The notes: generated by a model from the letters alone, not told the origin. Numbered from the stretch's first letter, positions 21,122 to 29,829 are shown. The stretch is 64,000 bases of DNA from Trueperaceae bacterium (GCA_965214405.1 OZ243956.1:2944001-3008000), one strand, 5' to 3'. Program-made: numbers and translations.

Positions 21122-23212
21122 ATGTGCGTTTTCCCAATCAAGCCCTCGCCCCTCTTCCTTGCCGCACTCGTTGCCCTCTGGCTGGTCGCGTGTTCACAGT
21201 CCACGCCCGCTACTGAGGCTACCGACACCACCCAACCCACCGTCCTTGCCCTCTTAGACGCGCAAACGCGCGTGGTCACGGGAGAAAGCGTCATCATCAT
21301 GGGCGCTGTGAGCGACGACGGTGGGGTGAACGGGGTTAAAGCGCTTTCTTACAGTCTTAACGAAGGCGCGCGGCAAGACGTGACAAGCAGTCTTAACGAG
21401 GGAAACTTTTCCTTTACGGTGACGGGCCTCCGAGAGGGCAAGAACGACCTGACCGTGAGCGCCGCCGACGCCGCGGGCAACGAAGGAAGCGTCACGCTTA
21501 CGGTCGAGGTCGCGCCGCCCGCCGCCGCTTTCCCCACCCTCGAGGGCGTCTGGACCGCAGCGGGCGTCGCCACGGGCATGTGCGACCAAAGGAGCTCGAG
21601 CGTTACCTTCATCTTCGACGCGCCGCAAGAGAGCGGCGCGCTCGCAGGGCTGTGGGGGATGGTGGACGACAACGGGAGCGGCCAGATGACGGGCTCGTTT
21701 GCGGGCACCTTGAGCCGCGCGGGAACGTTTAAGGGCGTCGCCACGCTCACCTACGGCGCGCGCCCGGCCAGGTTCGACCTCGCCCTCACCGTGTCGGGAG
21801 AGACGGTAAAGGGTGGTCTTGTGAGTCAAGAGGACGTCCTTTGCTGGGGCCAAAAGAGCTCTGTTTATTTCGACGTCAACCTTAAACCCTTTCAAGACGA
21901 CCCATTCGAAGCCAACGACCGCGCCGAGGACGCGGCGAGCGTCGGCTTGGACTTTAACCAGAACCTCACCTTGCGAGGGGGCGACGAGGACTGGTTTACG
22001 TTCGTGCTCCCCAAGGCGCAGATCGTCACGCTCGGGCTCGGCGCGAACGGGAGCTACTACGATGCCCCGGTCGTCGAACTTTTAGACGCGTCTTTTAAGA
22101 GCTTGACGAATAGTGACTACGGCTATTACAGAGATGAGCTGAAGCTTGGGCTCGAGGCCGGAACCTACTACCTAAGGGTCTTTTCCGGTTCCTTTAAGCA
22201 CTACACCTACAGCCTGAGCCTCAGCACCGCGACGCTACCCGACGAGGCCTTTGAACCCAACAACACCAAAGCGCAAGCCACCCCCGTCTCGCCGGGGTTC
22301 ACCGGCGACTTCTACCTCACGGTGGGTGACGAGGACTGGTTTACCTTCACCCTCGCCAAAGAGCAGGTCATCACGCTCTACTTGGGCAAAAGTAGCGGCC
22401 TTCGCTACGCCTATGACGGGGCCGCGGGAACCAGCGCCGACTATTACGGCGGGCGTCCCGTCGCCAGGGCGCTCAAGGCGGGGACGCACACCCTGCGCGT
22501 GCTTTCGGAGTCCCAGACCTCAACCGCTTACGCGCTAAGCCTCAGCGTGTCAGCGCTCCCGGACGAAGCCGTGGAGCCCAACAACACCTTTAGCACCCCC
22601 ACCAACGTCACCCTTCCCTATGCGCGCGACCTTTTTATGAGCGGGGGAGACGAAGACTGGTTCAAGTTTACGCTTAGCGAGGAGCAACTCGTCACCTTGA
22701 GCCGCACCGACGGCGGAGACTATTCGTACGGCCTCAGCGGTGTGCTCTACACCGACGTAGGGACGGAAGTAAAGCGCTTCGGCCTCAGCGCCGGAGACAC
22801 GCAGCTCGCGCTCCTGCCCGCGGGGACCTACCGCCTCAACCTCTCCGCATCGGAGGGGTTTGCCTACTCGCTCGCCCTTAGCGCGGAAAGCACCAACGAC
22901 GCCTCTTTCGAACCCAACAACACCAGCGCAAAAGCGTCCGCCGTCACGCTCGACTTTGCCAACGATAAGCTCTTGGTCGGTGACGGGGACACGGACTGGT
23001 TTAAGTTCACGCTCGCTCAGGGGACGCAAGTGGAGATTAGTCTTGCGACCACCCAAGACGTTCACGTCAGGTTGTACGACGAGAACGGACAAATCACCTC
23101 TCTTTACGGCCCCGGCACGGTCTCCCCGGTGCTCAGCCCGGGCACCTACTACCTCAGCGTAGAATCCTACTGGGGCTTAAGTAGGTACGGCCTCAGCGTG
23201 GCGAAGAAGTAA
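21122..23212 (+). CDS. Lipoprotein with Ig-like domain and four pre-peptidase C-terminal (PPC)-like repeats
   Basis: Lipobox LVAC; repeated E(P/A)N(N/D)...GD.DWF.F.L...GT(Y/H).L.V units. Confidence 0.8.
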   Translation: MCVFPIKPSPLFLAALVALWLVACSQSTPATEATDTTQPTVLALLDAQTRVVTGESVIIMGAVSDDGGVNGVKALSYSLNEGARQDVTSSLNEGNFSFTVTGLREGKNDLTVSAADAAGNEGSVTLTVEVAPPAAAFPTLEGVWTAAGVATGMCDQRSSSVTFIFDAPQESGALAGLWGMVDDNGSGQMTGSFAGTLSRAGTFKGVATLTYGARPARFDLALTVSGETVKGGLVSQEDVLCWGQKSSVYFDVNLKPFQDDPFEANDRAEDAASVGLDFNQNLTLRGGDEDWFTFVLPKAQIVTLGLGANGSYYDAPVVELLDASFKSLTNSDYGYYRDELKLGLEAGTYYLRVFSGSFKHYTYSLSLSTATLPDEAFEPNNTKAQATPVSPGFTGDFYLTVGDEDWFTFTLAKEQVITLYLGKSSGLRYAYDGAAGTSADYYGGRPVARALKAGTHTLRVLSESQTSTAYALSLSVSALPDEAVEPNNTFSTPTNVTLPYARDLFMSGGDEDWFKFTLSEEQLVTLSRTDGGDYSYGLSGVLYTDVGTEVKRFGLSAGDTQLALLPAGTYRLNLSASEGFAYSLALSAESTNDASFEPNNTSAKASAVTLDFANDKLLVGDGDTDWFKFTLAQGTQVEISLATTQDVHVRLYDENGQITSLYGPGTVSPVLSPGTYYLSVESYWGLSRYGLSVAKK

Positions 23213-23240
23213 AAGAGCACCGCAGACTTACCCAATCAGG

Positions 23241-23264
23241 AGCCCTCGAGACCTCTCGAGGGCT
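23241..23264 (+). terminator. Hairpin built from two CTCGAG sites
   Basis: AGCCCTCGAG-acct-CTCGAGGGCT downstream of the lipoprotein gene. Confidence 0.6.
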
Positions 23265-23598
23265 TTAAGGTTGGCGTCGGCGCGCGCTTCTATTTTGTAA
23301 ACTTTGGCTTTGTGAGCACCAGGCTGTGTTGACGTTCTTTATTGCTCAACCCCGGAACGCTGATAAGCCTCCGCGCTCCATAGCCTTTTATTCCTGACTT
23401 CTTAACTCTCGCTTCTCACGTGCAGCGCGGCAACCCTCATAGTGGAAGTGAAAAGTCTACAAAACCCGTTTTCATCATGAAACCGCGAAGGTGGAAAGCC
23501 TCACCTCAAAACTGCCTCCCCTGTCCATCCTTTGCGCTCACACTCCGGTTTCTTCCTAGGTAACCCGTCGTATGATGGAACGCCACAGGAGGTTGATG

Positions 23599-24576
23599 AT
23601 GACAACACCCCAAACCGAAGTTCAAACCGGAGCAAAAAAGGCCCCCGCCAGCACCTCGGCGCTCGAGGCAGGTTACATCTGGTTCGACGGCGAGCTTGTG
23701 CCCGAGGCCGAGGCGACCGTGTCGGTGCTTACCCACGCGCTCCACTACGGTACGAGCGTCTTTGAGGGAATTCGCGCATATGAAACAGACCGGGGGGCCG
23801 CCGTCTTCAGGCTCCCGGAACATAGCCAGCGCCTGCTCGAGTCGGCCAAGATTATAGGAATGCCCACGACGCTCTCCGCAGACGAGATTAGTGACGCTAT
23901 TGTAAAAACTATCCGCAAAAACGAGCGCAAAAGCTGCTACATCCGCCCGCTCATGTGGTACGGCGCGGAGTCCTTGGGCGTCAACCCCGGCAACAACCGG
24001 GTGCATTTCATGGTGGCGACGCTGCCCTGGGGGGTCTATCTGGGCGAGGAGGTGATCGAGAAGGGGGCCAAGCTCATGACCTCCTCGTGGCGCAGGAGCC
24101 CCGGCGACGTGATGCCGACGAAGTCCAAGGCGGGCGGCAACTACGTCAACTCGGTATTAGCCAACACCGAAGCGCGGCAAAATGGCTTTGACGAGGCGCT
24201 GCTCCTGGACAAAGAAGGCTTCGTCGCCGAGGGCTCGGGCGAGAACATCTTTTTTATGCGTGACGGCGTGCTCCACCCCGTCGCGCACTCCATAAACCTA
24301 CGCGGCATCACCCGCGACTCGGTCATCAAAATCGCGCAGTGGCTGAGCACCCCCGTCGAGCCGACGATGGCGACGCGCGACGAGCTCTATACCGCCGACG
24401 AGGTCTTTATGGTGGGCACCGCCGCTGAGGTCACGTCCGTCACCTCGATTGACCGCCGCCCGATTGGCTCGGGCGTGGTGGGTCCGTACGCGCTAAAGAT
24501 GCGCGAAACCTACCTCGCGGTCGTGTCGGGCAAGGTGCCCGAGTTTGAGGGGTGGCTGCGCTACGTGAATGAGTAG
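23599..24576 (+). CDS. ilvE: Branched-chain amino acid aminotransferase
   Basis: HALHYGTSVFEGIRAY, KAGGNY, EGSGENIF, LRGITR, GTAAEV; RBS AGGAGG. Confidence 0.95.
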   Translation: MTTPQTEVQTGAKKAPASTSALEAGYIWFDGELVPEAEATVSVLTHALHYGTSVFEGIRAYETDRGAAVFRLPEHSQRLLESAKIIGMPTTLSADEISDAIVKTIRKNERKSCYIRPLMWYGAESLGVNPGNNRVHFMVATLPWGVYLGEEVIEKGAKLMTSSWRRSPGDVMPTKSKAGGNYVNSVLANTEARQNGFDEALLLDKEGFVAEGSGENIFFMRDGVLHPVAHSINLRGITRDSVIKIAQWLSTPVEPTMATRDELYTADEVFMVGTAAEVTSVTSIDRRPIGSGVVGPYALKMRETYLAVVSGKVPEFEGWLRYVNE

Positions 24577-24714
24577 AGCTCAGTTGGCGCACCGTCCGCC
24601 TGGCGCTTTGGTTTTAAGGGGGTGAAAAGCTCGAGGTAGTCATCTTGCTCGAGCTCTTTACCCGTTAGAGCGGTGTTTCAAACACCTGTGTTCATTCTCC
24701 CAAAGGTTATCTCA

Positions 24715-25067
24715 TCAACAGTGCAAGCTGACATCCGGACGAAATTCAATCAGGATCGTTTAGCATAAGCAATTCTCCGGCAAGTCCGAAAGCGGTTAGC
24801 TTCTCCCCCTCAGAAACGCTCTTTAGAGGATGCAAAAAGCCTTATGCAAACTTTTGTCCGGGTACGGGTGCAAGCTGACAACCGGACGAAATTCACTGCT
24901 GGTGAATAAAGGTTTGCCTGACGTGATAAAACTCGAGCCCCCAAAGTCTTACTTCGTGCCGAAAGCAGTAAGAAAGGTCGAGTAGAAGGGCACTTCCGGT
25001 GGAGCTGGGGTTATTTCGGGTGTCACAGAAGCGTATATACAGACTTTTGTCCGGTCAACAGTGCAAG
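24715..25067. repeat. Three mosaic repeats sharing GTGCAAG
   Basis: GTGCAAGCTGACA(T/A)CCGGACGAAATTCA at 24721 and 24868; ACTTTTGTCCGG at 24850 and 25043; TCAACAGTGCAAG at 24715 and 25055. Confidence 0.9.
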
Positions 25068-25070
25068 GGC

Positions 25071-25099
25071 TTGACGAATAGCGTATATGGGGGTAAACT
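25071..25099 (+). promoter_or_regulatory. Sigma70-type promoter
   Basis: TTGACG-N17-TAAACT. Confidence 0.65.
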
Positions 25100-25269
25100 A
25101 TTCTTTAATAGGCGCTCGAGAGAGCGCATTTTTTATTTTCCGTTGGTGGTAAAAACAGACTATCCCCTTTTGCATAACAGGCCTTACTCACCGTCCTGGT
25201 GCTTTTCTTACAGTCTCCCTCCTCTCAATTGCCTAACCTTAAAGCTGTTGCGTCCTGAAAGGAGTGCGT

Positions 25270-25440
25270 ATGAACGAAGAGCAGCGTAGAGAGTACGACA
25301 GCCTCATCCGGGGGATTATCGATCAGGCCGAAGCGATGCGAGAGCCCGACGAAGAGGAAGAAATGCTCTATGACAAAGTGAACGACCTCCAGAGCAAGCT
25401 CGACGAGTTGGGCGAACTCATTGACAGGGTGTACGCGTAA
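25270..25440 (+). CDS. Small acidic helical protein (56 aa), missed by ORF track
   Basis: RBS GAAAGGAG; MNEEQRREYDSLIRGIIDQAEAMREPDEEEEMLYDKVNDLQSKLDELGELIDRVYA*. Confidence 0.75.
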   Translation: MNEEQRREYDSLIRGIIDQAEAMREPDEEEEMLYDKVNDLQSKLDELGELIDRVYA

Positions 25441-25525
25441 CGGAGAGCTGCTTCTCGAGTTGAAGACGCCGTTAAGCTCCCCTGTGACTGTTGTGTAGGT
25501 ATGGCTGTGTAAGTATGATGAGCGT

Positions 25526-26260
25526 ATGATTAAGCTCGAGCTCCGCTACGAAGGCAAGGCCAAACGGGTCTACGCCACGGACGATTCTGAAGCGTACATC
25601 GTCGAGTATAAAGACAAGGCCACCGCCTTTAACGCGCAGAAGCGCGGGGAAATCGCGGGCAAGGGCGCGGTGAATAACGCCGTCACGGCCAAGATTTTCG
25701 AGATGCTGGAGGCCGAGGGTGTCCCAACGCATTTTTTGGGGACCCTAAGCGAACGCGAGCAGCTTGTGCGGGCGGCTGACATTATTCCTGTAGAGGTGGT
25801 GGTGCGCAACCTTGCGGCGGGTTCATTTTCCAAGCGCTACGGGGTAGAGGAGGGGCGTGTGCTCGAGCCTTTTATCATCGAGTGGTGTTACAAAAGCGAT
25901 ACGCTCGGTGACCCGCCCATGAACGACGCCACCGCGGTGGCGCTCTCGTTTGCGAGCGAGCGCGAGTTAGAAACGTTGCGCACCCTCGCCACGCGCGTCA
26001 ATACGCTTCTTAAACCCTATTTCAGAAAGCGCGGGCTCGTTTTGGTGGATTTCAAGCTCGAGTTCGGCCGCCTGCCCTCCGGCGAGATTGTCTTGGCCGA
26101 CGAGATAAGCCCCGACACCTGCCGTTTGTGGGACGCTTCTACGGGCGACAAGCTCGACAAAGACCGTTTCCGCCGCGACTTGGGCGGCGTTGAAGAAGCC
26201 TACCAAGAGGTGCTGCGCCGGGTCACGTCCGAACCGCAACGAGGAAGTATAGATGCCTGA
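25526..26260 (+). CDS. purC: SAICAR synthase
   Basis: [25 protein letters not shown] and [13 protein letters not shown] motifs. Confidence 0.97.
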   Translation: MIKLELRYEGKAKRVYATDDSEAYIVEYKDKATAFNAQKRGEIAGKGAVNNAVTAKIFEMLEAEGVPTHFLGTLSEREQLVRAADIIPVEVVVRNLAAGSFSKRYGVEEGRVLEPFIIEWCYKSDTLGDPPMNDATAVALSFASERELETLRTLATRVNTLLKPYFRKRGLVLVDFKLEFGRLPSGEIVLADEISPDTCRLWDASTGDKLDKDRFRRDLGGVEEAYQEVLRRVTSEPQRGSIDA

Positions 26261-26504
26261 CTTTCGTGCGGAGGTGTACGTAACCCTCAAACGCTCCATC
26301 CTGGACCCGCAGGGGCGCACAGTGGAGGGGATGCTCGAGCGCTTAGGTCACACCAATGTAGCCAACGTGCGGGTGGGCAAGTATATTGAACTCGCCTTTT
26401 CGGGCGAACGAAGCGAGGTGGAGGCGCAGGTGCAGGAAATGGCGCGCGCCATTCTGAGCAATCCGGTGATGGAAGATGTGAGGGTGGTGCTCGAGGCGGT
26501 GTAA
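26253..26504 (+). CDS. purS: FGAM synthase subunit PurS
   Basis: [18 protein letters not shown] and LSNPVMED motifs. Confidence 0.95.
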   Translation: MPDFRAEVYVTLKRSILDPQGRTVEGMLERLGHTNVANVRVGKYIELAFSGERSEVEAQVQEMARAILSNPVMEDVRVVLEAV

Positions 26505-26535
26505 ACACTCTTACCGCTTGTGAAGATGGTAGTAC

Positions 26536-26584
26536 GCCCTAAGCCGCGCCTTGGGGATGAAAAAGAGGCTTCGGAGCGCAAGCC
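26536..26584 (+). repeat. Cassette-boundary repeat R1 (49 bp)
   Basis: GCCCTAAGCC-GCGCCTTGGGGATGAAAAAGAGGC-TTCGG-AGCGCAAGCC. Confidence 0.9.
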
Positions 26585-26600
26585 CCTTTCGCTGTGAAAT

Positions 26601-26632
26601 TTATGGTCATAAAAATAGAAAAGCGACCATAA
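26601..26632. promoter_or_regulatory. Inverted repeat, probable TA autoregulatory operator
   Basis: TTATGGTC-N16-GACCATAA just upstream of the phd-type antitoxin. Confidence 0.5.
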
Positions 26633-26649
26633 TCGTGTTACTGTAAAGT

Positions 26650-26916
26650 ATGAAATACGCCGTTTCCGAATTGAAAGCTCACTTGACCCAGGCGCTTCGT
26701 GAGGTCGAAGAGGGAAAAACTATCGAGGTTACGCGCCACGGCAAAAGTGTGGCGGTACTCATCGCTAAAGACGATTATGAGGACCTTACCTCCGTGCGCC
26801 CAAGCTTCACGCTCAGCGTACGCACCCTGCGGGAGTCTTCTCAGTTCACGCCTCTGGACGAAGACGACCTTGCTGGTCTGCGCGACAAGGGTGCAGGTCG
26901 AGAGGTCGATTTCTGA
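26650..26916 (+). CDS. Phd/YefM family antitoxin
   Basis: VSELKAHLTQALREVEEG..IEVTRHGKSVAVLI. Confidence 0.9.
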   Translation: MKYAVSELKAHLTQALREVEEGKTIEVTRHGKSVAVLIAKDDYEDLTSVRPSFTLSVRTLRESSQFTPLDEDDLAGLRDKGAGREVDF

Positions 26917-27323
26917 CCTATCTGCTAGATACCAACATCCTCTCCGAGCTTGTGCGTCCGCAACCAAATAAAGCCGTGCAAAACAAAGTGCAGACGTTCG
27001 AAAGAAAGTGCGCGGTCGCTACGCCTGTCTGGCACGAATTTCTTTACGGTTCTCACCGCATGGCTGAGGGTGCGAAGAAAAGGACTTTGGAGCACTACCT
27101 TTTTGAAAACGTCGACCTGCTCCCCAAGCTGGCCTATGATGACAAAGCCGCGAGGTGGCAGGCGGGAGAGCGCGCCAGACTCGAGCGCCTTGGGCAGCCC
27201 ACAAGTTTTGTCGATGGTCAAATCGCCGCCATCGCCGCGACCAACGGTCTAAGCCTGGTCACGCGCAACGTCCGGGACTTTGAACATTTTGAGGGCTTAG
27301 AGATTCAAAACTGGTTTGCGTAG
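26913..27323 (+). CDS. vapC: VapC PIN-domain toxin (probable CTG start)
   Basis: TYLLDTNILSEL begins at a CTGA overlap with the antitoxin stop; DGQIAAIA..LVTRNVRDF. Confidence 0.85.
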   Translation: MTYLLDTNILSELVRPQPNKAVQNKVQTFERKCAVATPVWHEFLYGSHRMAEGAKKRTLEHYLFENVDLLPKLAYDDKAARWQAGERARLERLGQPTSFVDGQIAAIAATNGLSLVTRNVRDFEHFEGLEIQNWFA

Positions 27324-27371
27324 GCTCGAGCCGCGCCTTGGGGATGAAGGAGAGGCGTTGGGGCTCGAGCC
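27323..27371 (+). repeat. Cassette-boundary repeat R2 (49 bp)
   Basis: GGCTCGAGCC-GCGCCTTGGGGATGAAGGAGAGGC-GTTGG-GGCTCGAGCC; overlaps the vapC TAG. Confidence 0.9.
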
Positions 27372-27393
27372 AAGAAAAAGAGGACGACACGCT

Positions 27394-27816
27394 TTATGCA
27401 GTTCGACCTCGCGGCACCATCTCGAAGCCCGCTTGTCTAAAGTGTTTATCAAAAGTCAGGGCCGCCATGATAGTTTGCTCTGTCATCACGACGAAGGAAA
27501 TGCAGTCGGTAAACGAATATCTCTTGTCTTGATGTTCCCGAAAGTACCACCAGCCTTTTTGAAAAAGTGCATCGTCCACTTGCAGCACATGAACAGCAGG
27601 GCTCTGTAACAGTCTTTGCCCTACCTCGACAGCTTTGGCATGATGGTTGCGGCTGTTGAAGAAAGTTGCGATTTCGTCAAATACGTAAGAGCTGGTGATA
27701 AGAGGAGGTAAAGCCGCACTAAAGCTTTGCCAGTGAGAGAGGGCGGCACGGTGGTTCTGGTCGTTGGCAAGTTCTAGCGCAAGCACGTAACCAGTGTCCA
27801 GAAAAACGGGATTCAT
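27394..27816 (-). CDS. vapC: VapC PIN-domain toxin
   Basis: VFLDTG, D.NH, YSFTDCISF and LTFDKHF.QAGF motifs. Confidence 0.9.
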   Translation of the reverse strand: MNPVFLDTGYVLALELANDQNHRAALSHWQSFSAALPPLITSSYVFDEIATFFNSRNHHAKAVEVGQRLLQSPAVHVLQVDDALFQKGWWYFREHQDKRYSFTDCISFVVMTEQTIMAALTFDKHFRQAGFEMVPRGRTA

Positions 27817-28016
27817 GGGTACAGATAGGCGTCATGGTTTTCTGAAGCGTCCGTTGCGTCGTCCTCGAGAGGCTGCGTACCAAGCTGAAGGATGGGGTCG
27901 GCGCGAAGCGGGACGACGAGAATACCGTCTTCTTGTCTGCGAATTTCAACCGCCTCGACCCCCTCGAGCCAAGCTTTGGGGATGACGACGCCGTCTTTGG
28001 TGACTCGAGCTTTCAT
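27813..28016 (-). CDS. AbrB/MazE-like antitoxin
   Basis: GVVIPKAWL..VEI....GILVVP; ATGA overlap with toxin; TATGAT 6 nt upstream. Confidence 0.75.
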   Translation of the reverse strand: MKARVTKDGVVIPKAWLEGVEAVEIRRQEDGILVVPLRADPILQLGTQPLEDDATDASENHDAYLYP

Positions 28017-28050
28017 ACCGTCATCATACTGCGTTTACTGGCGAAGTGGG

Positions 28051-28099
28051 GACTCGAGCCGCGCCTTGGGGATGAAAAAGAGGCTTTGGGGCTTAGGGC
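28051..28099 (+). repeat. Cassette-boundary repeat R3 (49 bp)
   Basis: GACTCGAGCC-GCGCCTTGGGGATGAAAAAGAGGC-TTTGG-GGCTTAGGGC. Confidence 0.9.
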
Positions 28100-28101
28100 G
28101 T

Positions 28102-28458
28102 TCAGTATTCGATAACAACTGCAAGCGCAGCAACAATTTTCTCTTGAATGTCAACCTCACCCAGTTTTTTGACAAATCTCTGCAAAGAAACCGAGCGTGT
28201 CTGCAAAGTGTCTGCCGATGACGGTTTGCTGAGACCGTTCCTTTGGCTGGGTGTAATTTGAACATGCCAAACTTTGCCTTGAAAGCCGGGATTCCAAGCT
28301 GTCACAGGTACGACAAGTTTAACGGCCAAAGCCCCTAAACCGTCCGAACTGACAACAACGCCGGGACGCCGTTTTTTAAGTTCGTCGCCTCTGGTTGGGT
28401 CTAAGTCTATGAGCCAGATGTCACCGCGTTTGGGTGAGGGGGTCATGCCTTGGCTCAT
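28102..28458 (-). CDS. mazF: MazF/PemK family toxin
   Basis: RGDIWLIDLDPTRG.E.KK.RPGVVVS, NGL.KPS.AD..Q.RSVS..RF; start 28458 or 28446. Confidence 0.9.
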   Translation of the reverse strand: MSQGMTPSPKRGDIWLIDLDPTRGDELKKRRPGVVVSSDGLGALAVKLVVPVTAWNPGFQGKVWHVQITPSQRNGLSKPSSADTLQTRSVSLQRFVKKLGEVDIQEKIVAALAVVIEY

Positions 28459-28606
28459 CCTCCACGTAGCCCTCCGTCCACTCGAGCAGTTCGCTACCGG
28501 AGGCGTACAAATGGGCAACCTCTTCGGCTTGTTCAGTAAGCAGTTTTCGCCGCTGCGCTTTGGGAAGTTTGAGGAATTCTACGGGATTGGCGGGGTCTAT
28601 GTTCAT
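28421..28606 (-). CDS. Putative antitoxin for MazF
   Basis: 61-aa ORF overlapping the toxin start; FLKLP...RR.LL..QAE....Y; extended -10 TGcTAAACT 6 nt upstream. Confidence 0.7.
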   Translation of the reverse strand: MNIDPANPVEFLKLPKAQRRKLLTEQAEEVAHLYASGSELLEWTEGYVEDEPRHDPLTQTR

Positions 28607-28622
28607 GGAGTGAGTTTAGCAC

Positions 28623-28671
28623 GCCTTAAGCCGCGCCTTGGGGATAACAAAGAGGCTTCAGGGCTCGAGCT
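28623..28671 (+). repeat. Cassette-boundary repeat R4 (49 bp)
   Basis: GCCTTAAGCC-GCGCCTTGGGGATAACAAAGAGGC-TTCAG-GGCTCGAGCT; supplies the last codons and stop of the adjacent toxin. Confidence 0.9.
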
Positions 28672-28981
28672 TTATTTGGGTATAGCTTGCGGGTCGAACG
28701 GCCTCGAGCGCCGCAGAGATGACATCAAGCTTGGTCTGTATTTTGGGCCAACTGGTGGTCATCAGCACGGTTATAGCGATGGTTCTTTTTGCTAGGTTCT
28801 GCTGATAGCGCAAGTTTTGGTCGGTTGTTATCAGCACATCAAAGGTAGCTTTCTCAGCCGCTTCGGTAAGTTCACCATTGTTTAGTTCGTTCCAGCCCAA
28901 CCCAAACGCCGTAGAAATCTCGTGCCCAGGTAGATGCTTTCGTAGAGGCGCAGGTACACCCTGGTCAAACAAAATCTTCAC
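28658..28981 (-). CDS. DUF5615-like PIN-fold toxin
   Basis: MKILFDQGVP, NGEL..AAE...FDVLITTDQNLRYQQNL. Confidence 0.85.
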   Translation of the reverse strand: MKILFDQGVPAPLRKHLPGHEISTAFGLGWNELNNGELTEAAEKATFDVLITTDQNLRYQQNLAKRTIAITVLMTTSWPKIQTKLDVISAALEAVRPASYTQIKLEP

Positions 28982-28984
28982 CTC

Positions 28985-29215
28985 TTAGGCAGCTTCTAAA
29001 CTGCGGCTGGTGTGCTCCAGAACGGCGTCTACTTGTGCTTTGGTCACGCCGGGAAACCACGCCAAAAAATCCTCCACGCTCGCGCCGTCTTCAATGTTTT
29101 CGAAAAGGGCTTTGACGGGTACGCGCGAACCCTTGAAGACCCAGGCACCGTTGAGCTTTTCCGGATGACGTTCAACCGCAGGGCAGCTTGACCACTCGAG
29201 CATCGCTTTACCCAC
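28985..29215 (-). CDS. DUF433 family antitoxin
   Basis: P.KLNGAWVFKGSRVPV..LFEN.EDGAS..DFL.WFPGVT. Confidence 0.9.
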   Translation of the reverse strand: MGKAMLEWSSCPAVERHPEKLNGAWVFKGSRVPVKALFENIEDGASVEDFLAWFPGVTKAQVDAVLEHTSRSLEAA

Positions 29216-29261
29216 TTTCCCTTAAACTACTCGCCCTTACCTCTTGTGAAGATAGTAGCAC

Positions 29262-29315
29262 GCCCTAAGCCGCGTCTTGGGGATGAAAAAGAGGCTAGGC
29301 TTTAGGGCTCGAGCC
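29262..29315 (+). repeat. Cassette-boundary repeat R5 (54 bp, with 5-bp internal duplication)
   Basis: GCCCTAAGCC-GCGTCTTGGGGATGAAAAAGAGGC-TAGGC-TTTAG-GGCTCGAGCC. Confidence 0.9.
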
Positions 29316-29375
29316 TCCACCACTTAAAGCAGGACGCTCCCGACGGCTACCCGCTTGTAGTAAACTGGTATTTAC

Positions 29376-29618
29376 GTGAGCCCCACCGTCTTGCGACACG
29401 GACCCTACCGCTTTTTCTTCTTTTCCCGCGAAGAAGCGCGAATGCACGTTCACGTTCGCAGTGCAGAAGGAGAAGCTAAGTTTTGGTTAGAGCCGATGGT
29501 GGCTCTTGCAGACCACACAGGATTCAATAAGAAGCAGCTTAGAGAGCTTCAAGAACTCGTTGAAGGGAACGAAAATGTCATCCGCGATGCTTGGAAAAAA
29601 CACTTTGGAGATTCTTGA
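29376..29618 (+). CDS. DUF4160 family protein (TA-like module)
   Basis: MSPTVLRHGPYRFFFFSREE..MHVHV....GEAKFWL. Confidence 0.85.
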   Translation: MSPTVLRHGPYRFFFFSREEARMHVHVRSAEGEAKFWLEPMVALADHTGFNKKQLRELQELVEGNENVIRDAWKKHFGDS

Positions 29619-29829
29619 CGTAAGCCAGCATGGTGTATGGCTTTATTGGAACGCTCAAGAACATTTTTTATCCTATGAGCACTTTCCTTGGTTCAAAGAG
29701 GCGAAGGTCAAGGAGATTTTGAACGTCGTTGAGGAAGCGCCAGAGCATCTTTATTGGCCTGACTTGGATGTTGATTTGAGTTTGACTATGATTCGGGAGC
29801 CGGAGAAGTATCCTTTGATTGCTAAGTAG
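29575..29829 (+). CDS. DUF2442 family protein (TA-like partner)
   Basis: S.HGVWL, FL.YE.FPWF..A and HLYWPDLDVDLS motifs; overlaps DUF4160. Confidence 0.85.
   Translation: MSSAMLGKNTLEILDVSQHGVWLYWNAQEHFLSYEHFPWFKEAKVKEILNVVEEAPEHLYWPDLDVDLSLTMIREPEKYPLIAK

Noticed and set aside
24715..25067. Mini-CRISPR or replication origin
   Set aside because: Only partial mosaic copies at irregular 147/193-bp spacing; no DnaA boxes or rep gene recognised
26536..29315. CRISPR array interpretation of the 49-bp repeats
   Set aside because: Intervals are 570-790 bp and hold whole gene pairs; no cas genes in the window
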